A stretch of DNA of 64,000 bases, from the NCBI GenBank assembly GCA_963796055.1, contig CAWCKH010000004.1, positions 1,568,001-1,632,000 of the forward strand. Reading direction: 5' to 3'. Shown one piece after another: positions 30,301-39,827 of this stretch. The translations under genes and the position numbers were made by a program. The notes under the pieces were generated by a model. It ran no database searches. It had not been told where the DNA came from and saw only the letters and a list, made by a program, of their open reading frames with translations. How positions within the stretch are numbered: the stretch's first letter is position 1; each line of letters opens with the position of its first letter. The DNA is from an uncultured delta proteobacterium (lineage in GTDB: Bacteria; Myxococcota; Myxococcia; Myxococcales; Myxococcaceae).

Positions 30301-33300
30301 GCGCTCCTCCTCCAGGCCGACCCCTTTCATCCCGCGTACGAGCGACACGCCGCGCGGCTGCAGGCAGCCGGCGACAGCGTGGCGCTCGGTCGCCTCGAGG
30401 CCGCCCGGGCGGAGCGGCAGGTGGGCGCGGAGGCCGCCCGGAGCTGGCTGCGCGCCGCCGAGGCGCTGCGCGCCGGGGGGCGGGACGACGATGCATGCGC
30501 CGCCGAGGATCGGGCGTTCGACCAGGCGCCGGAGCTGGACGCGGCCTTCGCCGCGCGCCGCGCCCGGGTGGAGAGCGACGTACGGGCGCTGGCCGAGCTC
30601 CTGGCCCAGCGTGCCCGGGCGGTGTCCACCGAGGCGCCCGCACTGCTGGCGGAGCGTGCCGAGCTGCTCAGCCGCGCCGGGGAGGCGCTGCTCGCCGCCG
30701 AGGCCTGGGACGAGCTGCTCGCAGTCCGGCCCGAAGAGGTGAAGGCGCTGCTCGCCCGGGGTGACCTCGCGGCGGCCGCCGGTGGACCCACGGCCGCGCA
30801 GCCCTACGACCGGCGGGCCCTGCAGCTCGCCCCGGACCTGCCGACGGCCCAGCGCACCCGGCTCCTGCTGCGTCTGGGCAACGCCGCGCTCGCGGCGGGT
30901 GCGCTGCACGACTCCGCCGATGCGCTCGAGGCGGTGGTGGCGGTGGACCCCGACGGGGAGCGCGGCCGCGAGGCGCTGTCCCTGCTGGCCGAGGTGCACG
31001 GAAGGCTTCACGACGCGCCCGGGCTGTTCCGCACCTCGATCCGGCTGGCGCGGACCGCGCGTCCCGAGGAGGCCGAGGCGCTCTACCGGCGTGCTGCCGC
31101 GCTGGTGGAGGATCCGGCCGAGGCGCTGGAGGCCCTGCTGCCGCTCGCCGAGCTGCGCCCGGCGGAGTCCTCGGTCGTCGACCGGGCGGTCTCCGGCCTT
31201 CGCGCCGTCTCCCGTCACCAGGATCTGGTGCTGTTGCTCGAGCGCGCCGCCCAGGCCTCCGGAGGCCCGCGTGCCGCCGAGCTCCTGGTGCAGGCCGCCC
31301 AGTTGGCGACCGAAGTCTTCCAGGACGAGGAGCGCGCCCGCTTGCTGGTCGAGCGCGCCCACCAGGCGGACCCGGGGAACCTGGCCGCCCTCCGCGGACT
31401 CGCCCGGAGCTACCGCCAGCGCGGCGAGGTCGAGCCTCTGGTGCCCGTGCTCCGCGGGCTCGTGGCCGGGGCGCCGCAGGGCGAGGAGGCGGCCCAGCTG
31501 AAGCTCGAGCTGGCGCGGCTGCTCCTCCAGAGCGGCGAGACCGACGAGGCCCGAGCGTTGCTCGAGCCACTCGCCGCCGGAGGTCGCTCGGGCCCGGGTT
31601 ACTCCGAGGCGCTCGAGCTGCTGGTGCCCCTCCTCCAGGGCGCCGACGACGCCCTCGCCCGTTCCACGGTGCTCGCCGCCAGGGCCGAGATGGCGCAGGG
31701 GTCCGAGCGGGCCCGGCTGCTCCACGAGGCCGCCCGCGCCGCGCAGCAGGCCGGCGACGAGGCTCGCGCCGCCCGGCTCGCCCGGGCGTCGGTGGCCACC
31801 GAGGCCAGCCAGGATGCACTGCTGCTCCTGGCCAGCCTGATGCGCGACGCGAGCGAGCTCGCCAAGGCCGCCGCCTCGCTCACCCAGGCCGCGCAGCTGG
31901 CCTCACCCGAGGACCGGCCGAAGCTTCTCCTCGAGGCCGCCGAGGCCTGGGAAGGGGCAGGGGACCCGGCCGAGGCGCAGGAGCTGCTCGAGCGCGTGGC
32001 GCGCCTCCACGCCGAGACGCTCGGGCCCGGCGCCTGGGCCGCGCGCTTCCTCCGGCTCGGCGCCCGGGCCCAGGCCATCGAGCACGGCTACGAGCCGCTG
32101 TTCACCCACGGCCATTTCGCCCAGTCGCTGCAGATCGCCGAGGCGCTCGAGGACGCGCCGCGCATCCGCCAGAGCCTCTGGGGTCTCGCCCAGGCTCCGG
32201 CTGGCGCCGAGGCCCTGCGCCGGCTGTGCAAGCTGCTCCTCGCCGAGAGCACCGGCGTCGAGCGGCAGGCCTGCGCCGAGCTGGCGGAGTCGCGGCGGGC
32301 GATGGACCTCGCGGTCGCCCTTCACCGCGCAATCCTCATCTCGCCACCGGCCGAGGCGACGGACGAGGAGCGGCTCCGGGCCTTTCAGCGACTCCAGGCC
32401 CTGGGCGAGCTCGACACCACCCTCTTCGAGGCGCTGGAGCGGGTCGACGCGTCCACCTCCCCGGTGCTGGTGGAGGCCTTGCTCCAGCACGTCCGTGGAC
32501 GTCGCGGCGCCGAGCGTGAGCGCGGCCTTCGCCTGCTCGCGGCGCGCGCCCCGTCCCGCGCCGCCGAGCTCTGGCAGGCGCTATTCGAGCAGGCGCGTGA
32601 CGACAACCGGCTGGAGGACGCGGCCTCGGCTCTCTCGGCCTGGGTGGACGCGACGCCGGATCCGGTGCAGCGGTCCGGGCTCCGGGTGCAGGCCGGCGAC
32701 CTGGCGCTTGCCATCGGCTGGACGGATGTGGCCCGTGTGGCCTGGGCCCAGGCGGCGGCCGAGGACCCGACGTCGGTGGCCGCGGCCAGCAAGCTGCTCG
32801 CGCTCACCTCGGCCGACGAGTCGCCGGCGGAGTTCGTCGATCTCGCCGAGCGGCTGGGCTCGCTGGTGGGCCCCGAGGCCCTCGCCGGGCGTCAGGACGA
32901 GCTGGTGCACGCCTACGTCCGGCTGGGTCGGGCGGCCGATGCGCTGAGCGTCCTGTCCCAGCTTGCGCCCACCGAGGAGCACCTGCGCCAGCGCGCCGAG
33001 CTGGCCGAGTCGCTCGGACGGACGCAGGAGGCGCTCGCCTTGCGCGAGCAGCTGGCCCATACCCCCGAGGAGCGCGAGGCGCTCGCGCTGACCGCTCTGC
33101 GCGCCGGCCGGCACGCCGACGTCCTGCGCATCCTGGGACCCATCGGGTCGCTGGAGGCGCTGTCGCCGGAGTCCCGCCGGGAGTTCGCCACCGCGCTGGC
33201 GGGGAGCGAGGCCGGCGCACCGCTGGCCTCGCAGATCTGGGCACTGCTGCTGGCCGAGAACCCGGTGGACGCCGAGGGCTGGGCGCTGCACGCCGAGGCG

Positions 33301-33894
33301 CTGCGGCGCTGCGGCAGGCCCGAGGCCGCGGCCCGCTCCGCGGCGTTCGGGAACCTCTTCGCCGGCGAGGAGGTGGTGGCCGTGCCGGTGCCGGTGGAGC
33401 CCGTCGCCGTGGGTCCGGTCCGCACCTCGATCACCCTCCCCGCCGGGGTCCTCGAGGTCACCCCGGAGGAGATGCCAAACCTGCGCGCGGTGCTCGACGC
33501 GTCGCTCTCCGCGCTCGGCGCCCCGGGGATGCGGATCTGGCTGGACCCCGCCGGTGCCTCCGAGGCCTGGATGGCCAGCGCCGCAGATCTGGTCGTCGGC
33601 GCCGGAGCGCTGTCGCTCTTCGGGCCCCAGGAGGTCACCTTCCTGGTCGCGCTCGCCCTGGCGCTCGGTGACGAGGGCCAGGCGCTGGCCCGGCCGGGCG
33701 AGGTGGACAGGCTGCCGTCCGCCGCCGCCGAGGCGTTCGCGGCGGTTCCCTCTCCGGTGGCCGCGGCGCGGGTGCTCCTCTGGCTCGATCCGGCTGCGCG
33801 CGGCGCGGACCTGGACACGGTGGATGCGGCGGCGGTGTTGACCGGGAGCGCCGCGCTGGCCGCGGTGGTCCAGCGCGCGCTCCAGCTCGTGTAA
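24358..33894 (+). CDS. Giant (~3178 aa) TPR/alpha-solenoid protein with an N-terminal beta-rich domain
   Basis: Uninterrupted frame with GC3-biased codons and many TPR-like helix pairs (A..A...AL.L.P....AL..L); ATG 24358 inferred. Confidence 0.85.
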   Translation: MASEDTSGGSAPPAPEGRVAGPELRLLDRRAFVGFPPVELRPGITVVDFGLQIPDVSFPFDVGSGVQRYQRRKLHFGFLEVAVDAELIRRSVQETTASALEISDVALHFRQGWLEGEARLKGPSPAGTTFKVAFDADGERLAVYLYDVRMYGYSPVPAATVPLVLSRAVQGTAALPDVELRGANGFSARVLPQLVTLAAVSRGFRMPSLDGARLAGVEVSPLGLRLRFAAGALPPPALLDEELLLTLEGARAFAEAEALVAAGKLGEAREAYLRGAGAEEAHPFALERLLALLVADPAAHEYALDVVETLARRRPGSAAPLWAEAIVRERRGEPARSAERWLALMELARKRGDEASAFSAAQAAARVAEGQAPQMAVKALHAVLGIRPDHLPALRSLARAADQAQDRAGALRAYRRLSALARDPLESAEAHVQLARLSALSEDDVAGARLHCEAALRLAPDLPPALELLGELCARAGEPLRALRAFDRLRDVALGRHDLGLVGRANLRAGEVWEKGLGQLDNALLRYREAVSLLPGDVVALVAQARAAEELGRVAEAVTGYQQGVELAGPSPTDAGVRRAAHAAHHALAALATSRFGDQVQAREHWEAALALVPDDAKALEALVPAWRAAGDPAALARALERAAPTVPDPVRRAAFLAEAGELQRTRLAAPEKAESLLGRAIDADPKNRAALEGLVAIGEARRDGPLLVRCLSTLSELARDGADRAKFLRRLAVAAKDLASDLEIAARALADVLRIEPEDLLAWGELCALQRRRADMPGLAAALAARARVAETQSDPRLAAACLRELAQVEEARLGRFGEALVALEKAARLDPRPEVLLELADLSLRCERPEHARRALEDVLVTLPRTGSPEKLAEVRAKLGQACEMTGDLAAAAAHYAEALPYRRGDDALAARLEGLYEKLGRSRELAEVWALRARQLLAEGRTEAAAPLLFKGARALLDAGQRDAAHRQLYAALEVAPRGLLAGQILEALAELELSAGNRPEAATLLARQAALVGDPLAAARLFLRAAELARGEAREGGLLEDAVRLDPALTPARIRRAELHADREPRRALEDLEAALSLARANPAVVPPTERKRLERMAAESAVRAGDAEAARRHLAAYADAAPDDVDALLQLAGLHRNAGAVEALAALLSGLWPRLSGEQARVACKELVELSLELHRPSEALDALRRLVELSPEDPWALETLVSLLPPAVPGSDTEALALRTRLVELTSGAARAHHRVERARLLRARGDRTAAREELTRAAGESTEPALLWREVALLAQASDDAPGEIAAWQRALEHDASVAAEATPRLLALGRALQESRPDLAEGALRETTRRGATAEAVEAWRALARIERRRGQMDAASEALLQAAERAPEPLRADVLLERAELAEERGDSAAAADSYRRVLKLSPRHPRALPRLRALLEHAADWPSVAELLELEAERAPRERAAALFSELGILLDARLGRAEAAEAAFRRAIQLDADAPKPLEQLVSVQLRRGAWSDATPFLHRVPGLLAPERAAALLRQAAQLAAAALDGAAALALRRQAHALVPATGDELAELALSLYAGGSRAEALPLFAAVVAGLDQGSRPAREAEVVLAHADLLVEAGELPQAEAILRRLAERPDAPAAAVERLSELLARTDPRQAIELLAQHQLRQPPSEAVGRALLKLGERVRTELADPELTERLLLGAAAALPDPLPAHQARAALHRETGRSGALLAALQATADAALLGGDLALAARSLEEIAEVASRSDRADEALEALARLRGTLESAGRKAEAAAVERRRAALFLEGRGDATAASAALARAFELAPDVETAAQLADLAARRGDTRSRAGWLQRSVPLLSTGEARASALVQIAELHAGPLGDETEAESLVRDALAEVPGHPAAEALLVQLLERSDRGADLAAYYVAAARSRTEGAARANLLSRAAGLYRALGKAEQALDALSAAHGFAPADLSITAELAGLLVSRGQDADAAPFDALLLQADPFHPAYERHAARLQAAGDSVALGRLEAARAERQVGAEAARSWLRAAEALRAGGRDDDACAAEDRAFDQAPELDAAFAARRARVESDVRALAELLAQRARAVSTEAPALLAERAELLSRAGEALLAAEAWDELLAVRPEEVKALLARGDLAAAAGGPTAAQPYDRRALQLAPDLPTAQRTRLLLRLGNAALAAGALHDSADALEAVVAVDPDGERGREALSLLAEVHGRLHDAPGLFRTSIRLARTARPEEAEALYRRAAALVEDPAEALEALLPLAELRPAESSVVDRAVSGLRAVSRHQDLVLLLERAAQASGGPRAAELLVQAAQLATEVFQDEERARLLVERAHQADPGNLAALRGLARSYRQRGEVEPLVPVLRGLVAGAPQGEEAAQLKLELARLLLQSGETDEARALLEPLAAGGRSGPGYSEALELLVPLLQGADDALARSTVLAARAEMAQGSERARLLHEAARAAQQAGDEARAARLARASVATEASQDALLLLASLMRDASELAKAAASLTQAAQLASPEDRPKLLLEAAEAWEGAGDPAEAQELLERVARLHAETLGPGAWAARFLRLGARAQAIEHGYEPLFTHGHFAQSLQIAEALEDAPRIRQSLWGLAQAPAGAEALRRLCKLLLAESTGVERQACAELAESRRAMDLAVALHRAILISPPAEATDEERLRAFQRLQALGELDTTLFEALERVDASTSPVLVEALLQHVRGRRGAERERGLRLLAARAPSRAAELWQALFEQARDDNRLEDAASALSAWVDATPDPVQRSGLRVQAGDLALAIGWTDVARVAWAQAAAEDPTSVAAASKLLALTSADESPAEFVDLAERLGSLVGPEALAGRQDELVHAYVRLGRAADALSVLSQLAPTEEHLRQRAELAESLGRTQEALALREQLAHTPEEREALALTALRAGRHADVLRILGPIGSLEALSPESRREFATALAGSEAGAPLASQIWALLLAENPVDAEGWALHAEALRRCGRPEAAARSAAFGNLFAGEEVVAVPVPVEPVAVGPVRTSITLPAGVLEVTPEEMPNLRAVLDASLSALGAPGMRIWLDPAGASEAWMASAADLVVGAGALSLFGPQEVTFLVALALALGDEGQALARPGEVDRLPSAAAEAFAAVPSPVAAARVLLWLDPAARGADLDTVDAAAVLTGSAALAAVVQRALQLV

Positions 33895-33908
33895 GGTCGC
33901 GAGCCTCC

Positions 33909-34646
33909 GTGGTTCGACCTGCGTCGCTCCTCCCTTTCGCCCTGCTCGGTGCGTCCCTGGTCGCCTGCAAGGGCGAGGTGCCGGTTCCAGGCAAGGAGCG
34001 GGTGGGGACCTACCTCCTGCAGTCGGTGGGTGACCCGCTCTCCAGCGACTGCTCTCCGGCCATCCTCGACGCCGGCCTGGACGCCGGGGCGATGAACGGA
34101 CTCTTCGTCGACGCCGGGGTCGTCTTCTCGGTCACCTACCACCAGACCACCACCCCCGATGGAGGAACGCGTCTGCCGGACGGTGGGCCGGTCCTCCCTT
34201 ACGACGCCGGCTACCTGACGTTCATCGAGGGCTCGGGCTCGGAATACGGGGTGATCAACGGGCAGGTCATCGACGTGTCGGCCGTCGCGCCGCGGGTCTT
34301 CGCCCTCTGCAACTGCACCGGGCTCGAGCCGCCGGACATCCAGGTCCAGGAGCGCAACCTCATCGCCCTTCTGAGTGACTCGCAGGCGCGGGAGCTCACC
34401 GGCTCGGTGACGACCTGTGCCTCACCGGACGTCGTGCTCGACGGCGGCATCCCTCCGCCCGGCGGTGGAATCCTCGGCCCGCGGGACCCGAACGGGATCT
34501 GGAGCGTGCCGCTGGTCTGCGGCGTCACCGAGGAGCAAATACAAATACTTCGGGGCTACGACCCCGTCCAGGACGCGGGATGCAGTCCCGAGTGCCGGTC
34601 GTGCACCATGCGCTTCTCCGTCCAGGGAAGGCCGCTGCAGCCATGA
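33909..34646 (+). CDS. Cys-rich putative lipoprotein
   Basis: Lipobox SLVAC; DAG/PDGG low-complexity motifs; ATGA overlap with queC. Confidence 0.7.
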   Translation: MVRPASLLPFALLGASLVACKGEVPVPGKERVGTYLLQSVGDPLSSDCSPAILDAGLDAGAMNGLFVDAGVVFSVTYHQTTTPDGGTRLPDGGPVLPYDAGYLTFIEGSGSEYGVINGQVIDVSAVAPRVFALCNCTGLEPPDIQVQERNLIALLSDSQARELTGSVTTCASPDVVLDGGIPPPGGGILGPRDPNGIWSVPLVCGVTEEQIQILRGYDPVQDAGCSPECRSCTMRFSVQGRPLQP

Positions 34647-35332
34647 GCGCCCCCCGCGCGGTGGTGCTGCTCTCCGGTGGCCTGGATTCGGCGACCTGCC
34701 TGGCCATGGCCCGGAGCGAGGGCTTCCTCTGCAGCTGCCTGCTGGTCGACTACGGGCAGCGGCACCGGGTGGAGCTGGACCGCGCGCGGGCGGTGGCCCG
34801 GGCGCAGGGCGTGGAGGACGTGCGGGTGGTCCAGGTGGACCTCCGCGCCATCGGGGGCTCGGCGCTCACCGCGGACATCGCCGTCCCGAAGGACCGGGCC
34901 GAGGCCGAGCGCGGGACGGGGATCCCGGTCACCTACGTGCCGGCGCGAAACACGCTGTTCCTCGCGCTCGCGCTGGGGATGGCGGAGACGCTGGGGGCCA
35001 CCGACCTCTTCATCGGGGTGAACGCGGTGGACTACTCGGGCTACCCGGACTGCCGCCCCGAGCTCATCCGGGCCTTCGAGTCCCTGGCAAACCTCGCGAC
35101 CCGGGCCGGCGTGGAGGGCGCTCGGTTCCGGGTGCACGCTCCGCTCTCCGGCATGCGCAAGGCGGAGATCATCCAGGCGGGCGCGCGGCTCGGCGTCGAC
35201 TACGCGCTCACCCACAGCTGCTACGACCCGGACCCGGAGGGGAAGGCCTGCGGGCGGTGCGACAGCTGTCTCATCCGGCGCGAGGGCTTCCGGGCGGCTG
35301 GCGTGCCGGACCCGACGGCGTACGGAGCGTGA
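34643..35332 (+). CDS. queC: 7-cyano-7-deazaguanine synthase
   Basis: [36 protein letters not shown]...CGRCDSC..R. Confidence 0.96.
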   Translation: MSAPRAVVLLSGGLDSATCLAMARSEGFLCSCLLVDYGQRHRVELDRARAVARAQGVEDVRVVQVDLRAIGGSALTADIAVPKDRAEAERGTGIPVTYVPARNTLFLALALGMAETLGATDLFIGVNAVDYSGYPDCRPELIRAFESLANLATRAGVEGARFRVHAPLSGMRKAEIIQAGARLGVDYALTHSCYDPDPEGKACGRCDSCLIRREGFRAAGVPDPTAYGA

Positions 35333-35934
35333 GTCCGGGACTCCTCACCGTCCTCGCCCTGCTCGCCCTCGCTGGTGGCGCGGGGACTCCCGGTGGTCTG
35401 GTGGAGGCCAGCACGCGGATCCCGGGCCTGGTGGTCGAGCTGCGCTACGCGACCGAGGACAACTTCCTGGGGCGGGCGGTGTACCCCGAGGGCGCGCGCT
35501 GCCTGCTCCTCCCGCCGGTGGTGGAGCGCCTCGCCCGGGCCGCGCGGACGCTCGAGACCCACGGCTTCGGGATCAAGGTCTGGGACTGCTACCGGCCCAT
35601 CCACGTGCAGTGGGCGATGTGGAAGCTGGTTCCCCGCAAGGGCTACGTCGCCGACCCGCACACCGGCAGCAACCACAACCGGGGCGGGGCGGTGGACGTG
35701 ACCCTGGTGACCCTCGATCGCGCGGCGGTGGACATGCCCACCCCGTTCGACACCTTCGGTCCCGCGGCGCACCACGGCAGCACCGCGGGCACGGCCGAGG
35801 CGCGGGCGAACCGCGAGACGCTCCGCCAGGCGATGGTCGCCGCGGGGTTCCGGGCCAACCGGATGGAGTGGTGGCACTACGACGCGCCCGAGGCCCGCGG
35901 CGCGCCGGTGCTGGACGTGCCGCTCGATCGATGA
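35329..35934 (+). CDS. ddpX: D-Ala-D-Ala dipeptidase (peptidase M15D) with a signal-like N-terminus
   Basis: [39 protein letters not shown] overlap with queC. Confidence 0.9.
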   Translation: MSPGLLTVLALLALAGGAGTPGGLVEASTRIPGLVVELRYATEDNFLGRAVYPEGARCLLLPPVVERLARAARTLETHGFGIKVWDCYRPIHVQWAMWKLVPRKGYVADPHTGSNHNRGGAVDVTLVTLDRAAVDMPTPFDTFGPAAHHGSTAGTAEARANRETLRQAMVAAGFRANRMEWWHYDAPEARGAPVLDVPLDR

Positions 35935-35967
35935 GCGCAGTGGCATTCCGCTAGGCTCGCCGCCTCC

Positions 35968-37350
35968 GTGCTCGCGTTCGTCCGCTCACATCCGTTGACG
36001 GTGGCCGTCCACCTGCTGGGCCTGGCGATCGGTCTGCGGGTCCTGGTCACCCGGCGGAGTCCGCAGAGCCTCATGGCGTGGATCCTGGGCCTGCTGGTGA
36101 TGCCCTGGGCGGCGGTCCCGCTCTTCCTGCTCTTCGGCGCGCGGAAGCTGCCGCGGAGCGTGCGCGGAAAGCACCGGCCGCTGCTGCCCCCGGGGGGCCA
36201 CGCGGGCCTGCCAGACGGTCACCCGGCGGCGGACGTGCCCCGGGTGCTGCGGACCGAGGGCGTTCCGGGGGTGCGCACCGGGAATGCCTTCGAGCTGCTG
36301 GGCACCGGAGAGCGCGCCTTCGAGGCCCTGCACCGGGAGATCGCCGCAGCCCGGCAGAGCATCGACCTCACCATCTTCATCCTCGGCGACGACGAGGTCG
36401 GCTGGAGCGTGGTGCAGGGGCTCGCCGCTCGGGCCCGGGCCGGGGTACGGGTGCGGCTGCTGGTCGATGCGGTGGGCTCGCGGCCCATCCGACGGCGGGC
36501 CGCCCAGGCGCTCCGGGCAGCGGGTGGCGAGCTCCGGGTCTTCATGCCGCTCCTCCATGCGCCACTGAAGGGGCGTACCAACCTCCGGAGCCACCGCAAG
36601 GTCGCGGTCTTCGATGGACGTCGGGTCTTCATGGGCGGGATGAACATGGCGCTCGAGTACATGGGACCCACGCCCTGGCCAGGGCGGTGGCGGGATCTGG
36701 CCTGTCTGCTGGAGGGCCCGGTGGCGAGCGACGCCGAGCAGCTCTTCGCCGCCGACTGGGGTTTCGCCGGAGGTGCGGAGACGCCGCCGCCAAACGAGCT
36801 CTCGCGGCCCGCCGGCGAGGCGGTGGTTCAGCTCGTCCCCAGCGGTCCGGAGATGAAGACCGACACCTTCTACGACGCGCTGCTCACCGCGCTCGCCTCG
36901 GCACGGAGCCACGTGGCCTGCGTCACGCCGTACTACGTCCCGGACGACGTGGTGCAGCACGCCTTCGTGCTCTGCGCGCGGCGCGGCGTGCGGACCGAGC
37001 TGGTGATGCCGGCGCGGTCGAACCACGCTCTGGCCGACAACGCGCGTCGGGGCCTGATCGCCGAGCTGGCGGAGGCCGGGGTGGTGCTGCACTGGTACGA
37101 CCGGATGGTGCATGGCAAGGCCATGGTGGTCGACGAGACGGTGGCCTATCTCGGGTCGCCCAACCTGGACATGCGGAGCTTCTTCCTCAACTACGAGGAC
37201 GCGCTGCTCCTGTACTCGCCGCCGGAGATCGCCGCGGTTCGCGGGTGGATCTCCGCGCTGCGCTACGAGTGCTCGACGACGCAGACCCCGCCCAGCCGGC
37301 GCTGGTGGCTGATCGAGGACTTTGCCCGGCTGATGGCCCCGGAGCTCTGA
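35968..37350 (+). CDS. cls: Cardiolipin synthase (phospholipase D family)
   Basis: Two N-terminal TMs; two HKD motifs (RSHRKVAVFDG, VHGKAMVVDE); GSPNLDMRSF.LN.E. Confidence 0.9.
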   Translation: MLAFVRSHPLTVAVHLLGLAIGLRVLVTRRSPQSLMAWILGLLVMPWAAVPLFLLFGARKLPRSVRGKHRPLLPPGGHAGLPDGHPAADVPRVLRTEGVPGVRTGNAFELLGTGERAFEALHREIAAARQSIDLTIFILGDDEVGWSVVQGLAARARAGVRVRLLVDAVGSRPIRRRAAQALRAAGGELRVFMPLLHAPLKGRTNLRSHRKVAVFDGRRVFMGGMNMALEYMGPTPWPGRWRDLACLLEGPVASDAEQLFAADWGFAGGAETPPPNELSRPAGEAVVQLVPSGPEMKTDTFYDALLTALASARSHVACVTPYYVPDDVVQHAFVLCARRGVRTELVMPARSNHALADNARRGLIAELAEAGVVLHWYDRMVHGKAMVVDETVAYLGSPNLDMRSFFLNYEDALLLYSPPEIAAVRGWISALRYECSTTQTPPSRRWWLIEDFARLMAPEL

Positions 37351-37427
37351 GCGCGGCACCCGGGTCTGGACTGCGGACCGGTTCGGCCGCATTGTTGACA
37401 TCGCACCATGTGAAGGGGGGGTGTTCG

Positions 37428-38523
37428 ATGCGTGCGCCGGTTCTGCTCCTGACTTCGGGGCTGGTCCTGGGACTTCTGTCCTGCAGCAGCGAGGAAGCCC
37501 CCTGCGCGGCTCCGGATGGATGCATTGCCGCGCGCCAGGTCGCGGGCAGGTGCCAATGCCTGGACTGGCAGATCATCTCGGACGAGGTGGTCGCGATCAG
37601 GTATCTCGTCACCGGGGTACTGATCCCCGCGCCAGGTGGGTCCAGCAGCGTGACCTACGGCCAGGTTCCGGACCCGCAGCAGCCGCCGTTCACGTCGGCG
37701 CGCTCCCAGCAGGGCACGCGGCTCCGGGCCGTGCTCCGGGAGGTCGACGGCAAGGAGCGGGTGCTGCAGGCGGAGGTCCCCACCGAGAGCGGCCCTAATC
37801 CGACCGAGGTCCTCGAGCGGCTCGGCGGCACGACGCTCTCCTTCGGCCTGTCCCCTGGCGCAGGGTTCGGACTCGGCGGCGGCAGCGATGTGCATCCTCC
37901 GGCCGAGGACTGGATCCTCGTCTGGACCAACCCGACGCTGCGTCTCGTCCGGGATGCGGGGGGCAACCTCCGCGGCATCTGGGGGTGGAGCGGCAACTGC
38001 GTGCACTCCCCGTGCCCCGGGCCCGAGGTTCTCCGGATTCGTACGGGCGCGTTCGATGGCACCTCTCCGGCCGATCCAGGGGAGAAGGCCTTTCTCCAGT
38101 CACTCAGCCCCATGGAGAACGCGGCCATCCGCGCGTTCGATCGCTTTGCCGCGTCTCCACCTCCGAGCAGTGCGGAGATCGATGCGGATTCCGCGCTTCA
38201 TCCGCCTCGGGGAAGGCGTCGTGGACCTGCAGGGCTCGAGCACTCCATCCACCGCGTGGAACCCGTGCCCCGGGGTGGCGACCGACGGGGACTTTCCCGT
38301 GCTCGCCAGCACCGAGATCCCCGTGGGGCGGAACGGGGAGACCGTGGTGGTGCAGCAGAGCTGGCTGACCACCACCATCGACTGCTCGATGCAGGTCTGC
38401 GGGCTCGTTCTCGGGACGGAGACCGCCGGCTGCCGGATGACGCCGACCATTTACCTGGACCGGCTCTTCGGCATGCTCGGATTCCTGACCGGCACGGTGA
38501 GCGCGGCGTGCGAGCCACCATGA
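37428..38523 (+). pseudogene. Cys-rich lipoprotein gene with a +1 frameshift at ~38190 (pseudogene or sequencing error)
   Basis: Lipobox GLLSC. The frame reads ...EIDAD to 38189. Removing one T gives DADPRFIRLGEG..., continuing to TGA at 38521-38523. Confidence 0.65.
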
Positions 38524-38536
38524 GCCCGCCGGCCTC

Positions 38537-39625
38537 TCAGACGTGGTCCCGGGCCGCGACGTCCTTCTCCGCGGCCAGGAGCACGCGCTTCCGCTCCGGG
38601 CCCCAGCGGTAGCCGGAGAGGCTGCCATCGGCGTGCACGACGCGGTGACAGGGCACCGCCAGCGCCACCGGGTTGGTCGCGCAGGCACGTGCCACGGCGC
38701 GGACCGCCTTCGGATGGCCGACGGACCGTGCCACCTCGGCGTAGCTGGCGGTGCTCCCGCTGGGGATGGCCCGGAGTGCCTGCCAGACCTGGCGCTGGAA
38801 GGCCGTCGACGCGACGTCGAGCGGGAGTTGCTCGGCGCCTGACCGCTCTCCCAGGGCCGCCGCCGCGGAGCGGAGCCGTGCATCCGACTCCGGCGAGGCC
38901 CGCTCGAGCGTGGCCGCGGGGAACTCGGAGCGGAGCAGCCCCTCCAGCGCCTCCGCGCTCTCGCCGAAGGCCACCCGGCACAGCCCGCGCTCCGTCCGTG
39001 CAAGGAGCAGCGACCCCAGCGGGGTGTCGAGCACCGTCCAGGTGATGCGCTGTCCCGCGGCGCCCTTTCCGTACTGGGCGGGACTCATCCCCATCTGCTT
39101 CCGCGCGGCCGCGTAGGCCCGGCCGGCCGACCCGTACCCGGCCTCGAGCCAGGCCTCGGTCACCGGCTTGCCGGCGCGCAGCTCGGCCTTCCAGCGCTCG
39201 AGCCGCGCGGCGGCGACGAACTCCTTCGGCGACAGCCCGGTGTGCTTCTTGAACGTCTTCTGCAGGTGGGCCGGGCTGATGCCGGTCGCCCGGGCGAGCG
39301 CCTCCAGCCCGGGAGGCGCCTCGAGGTCCGCGACCAGGAGCGACTTCACCTTCGCCACCAGCGCCTCCGCGGGAGGTTGCGCGAGCTCCGGGCGGCAGCG
39401 CTTGCAGGCACGGTAGCCCTGGCGCTCGGCGGTGGCCGCGTCGGGGAGGAAGCGCACGTTCTTCTTCAGCGGCCGGCGGGCCGGGCAGGTGGGTCGGCAA
39501 TAGATGCAGGTGGTCTCGACCGCGACGACGAAGGCGCCGTCCGCGCCGGGGTCGCGCCGGACGAAGGCCTCCCAGCGGCCGTCCTCGGGGTCGTCGTGCA
39601 CCATGTCCAGAGAATGCAGGTCCAT
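38537..39625 (-). CDS. ada: Bifunctional Ada regulator / O6-methylguanine-DNA methyltransferase
   Basis: IYCRPTCP.R..N..F, GYRACKRC, AraC HTH, TAFQRQVW, ASY, RAVA.ACATN, PCHRV, GYRWG..RK. Confidence 0.96.
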   Translation of the reverse strand: MDLHSLDMVHDDPEDGRWEAFVRRDPGADGAFVVAVETTCIYCRPTCPARRPLKKNVRFLPDAATAERQGYRACKRCRPELAQPPAEALVAKVKSLLVADLEAPPGLEALARATGISPAHLQKTFKKHTGLSPKEFVAAARLERWKAELRAGKPVTEAWLEAGYGSAGRAYAAARKQMGMSPAQYGKGAAGQRITWTVLDTPLGSLLLARTERGLCRVAFGESAEALEGLLRSEFPAATLERASPESDARLRSAAAALGERSGAEQLPLDVASTAFQRQVWQALRAIPSGSTASYAEVARSVGHPKAVRAVARACATNPVALAVPCHRVVHADGSLSGYRWGPERKRVLLAAEKDVAARDHV

Positions 39626-39827
39626 TCGAGTCCTCGCACGTCGTTGATGGGGTGAGGAGTAGCCCGGGCCGGCCCTGCCCGCGTGCCGGCTCCTGCGCTG
39701 GATGTGCGGTCCCCAGGAGAGAGTTGACGGCGCCTACATCAGGCGTTACCTGGGCCGAAGTATCCACTGTTAACACTGCCGGGAGTCCCATGCTGCGCGA
39801 CGTCGAGATCCAGATCAGGGTGGCCCG

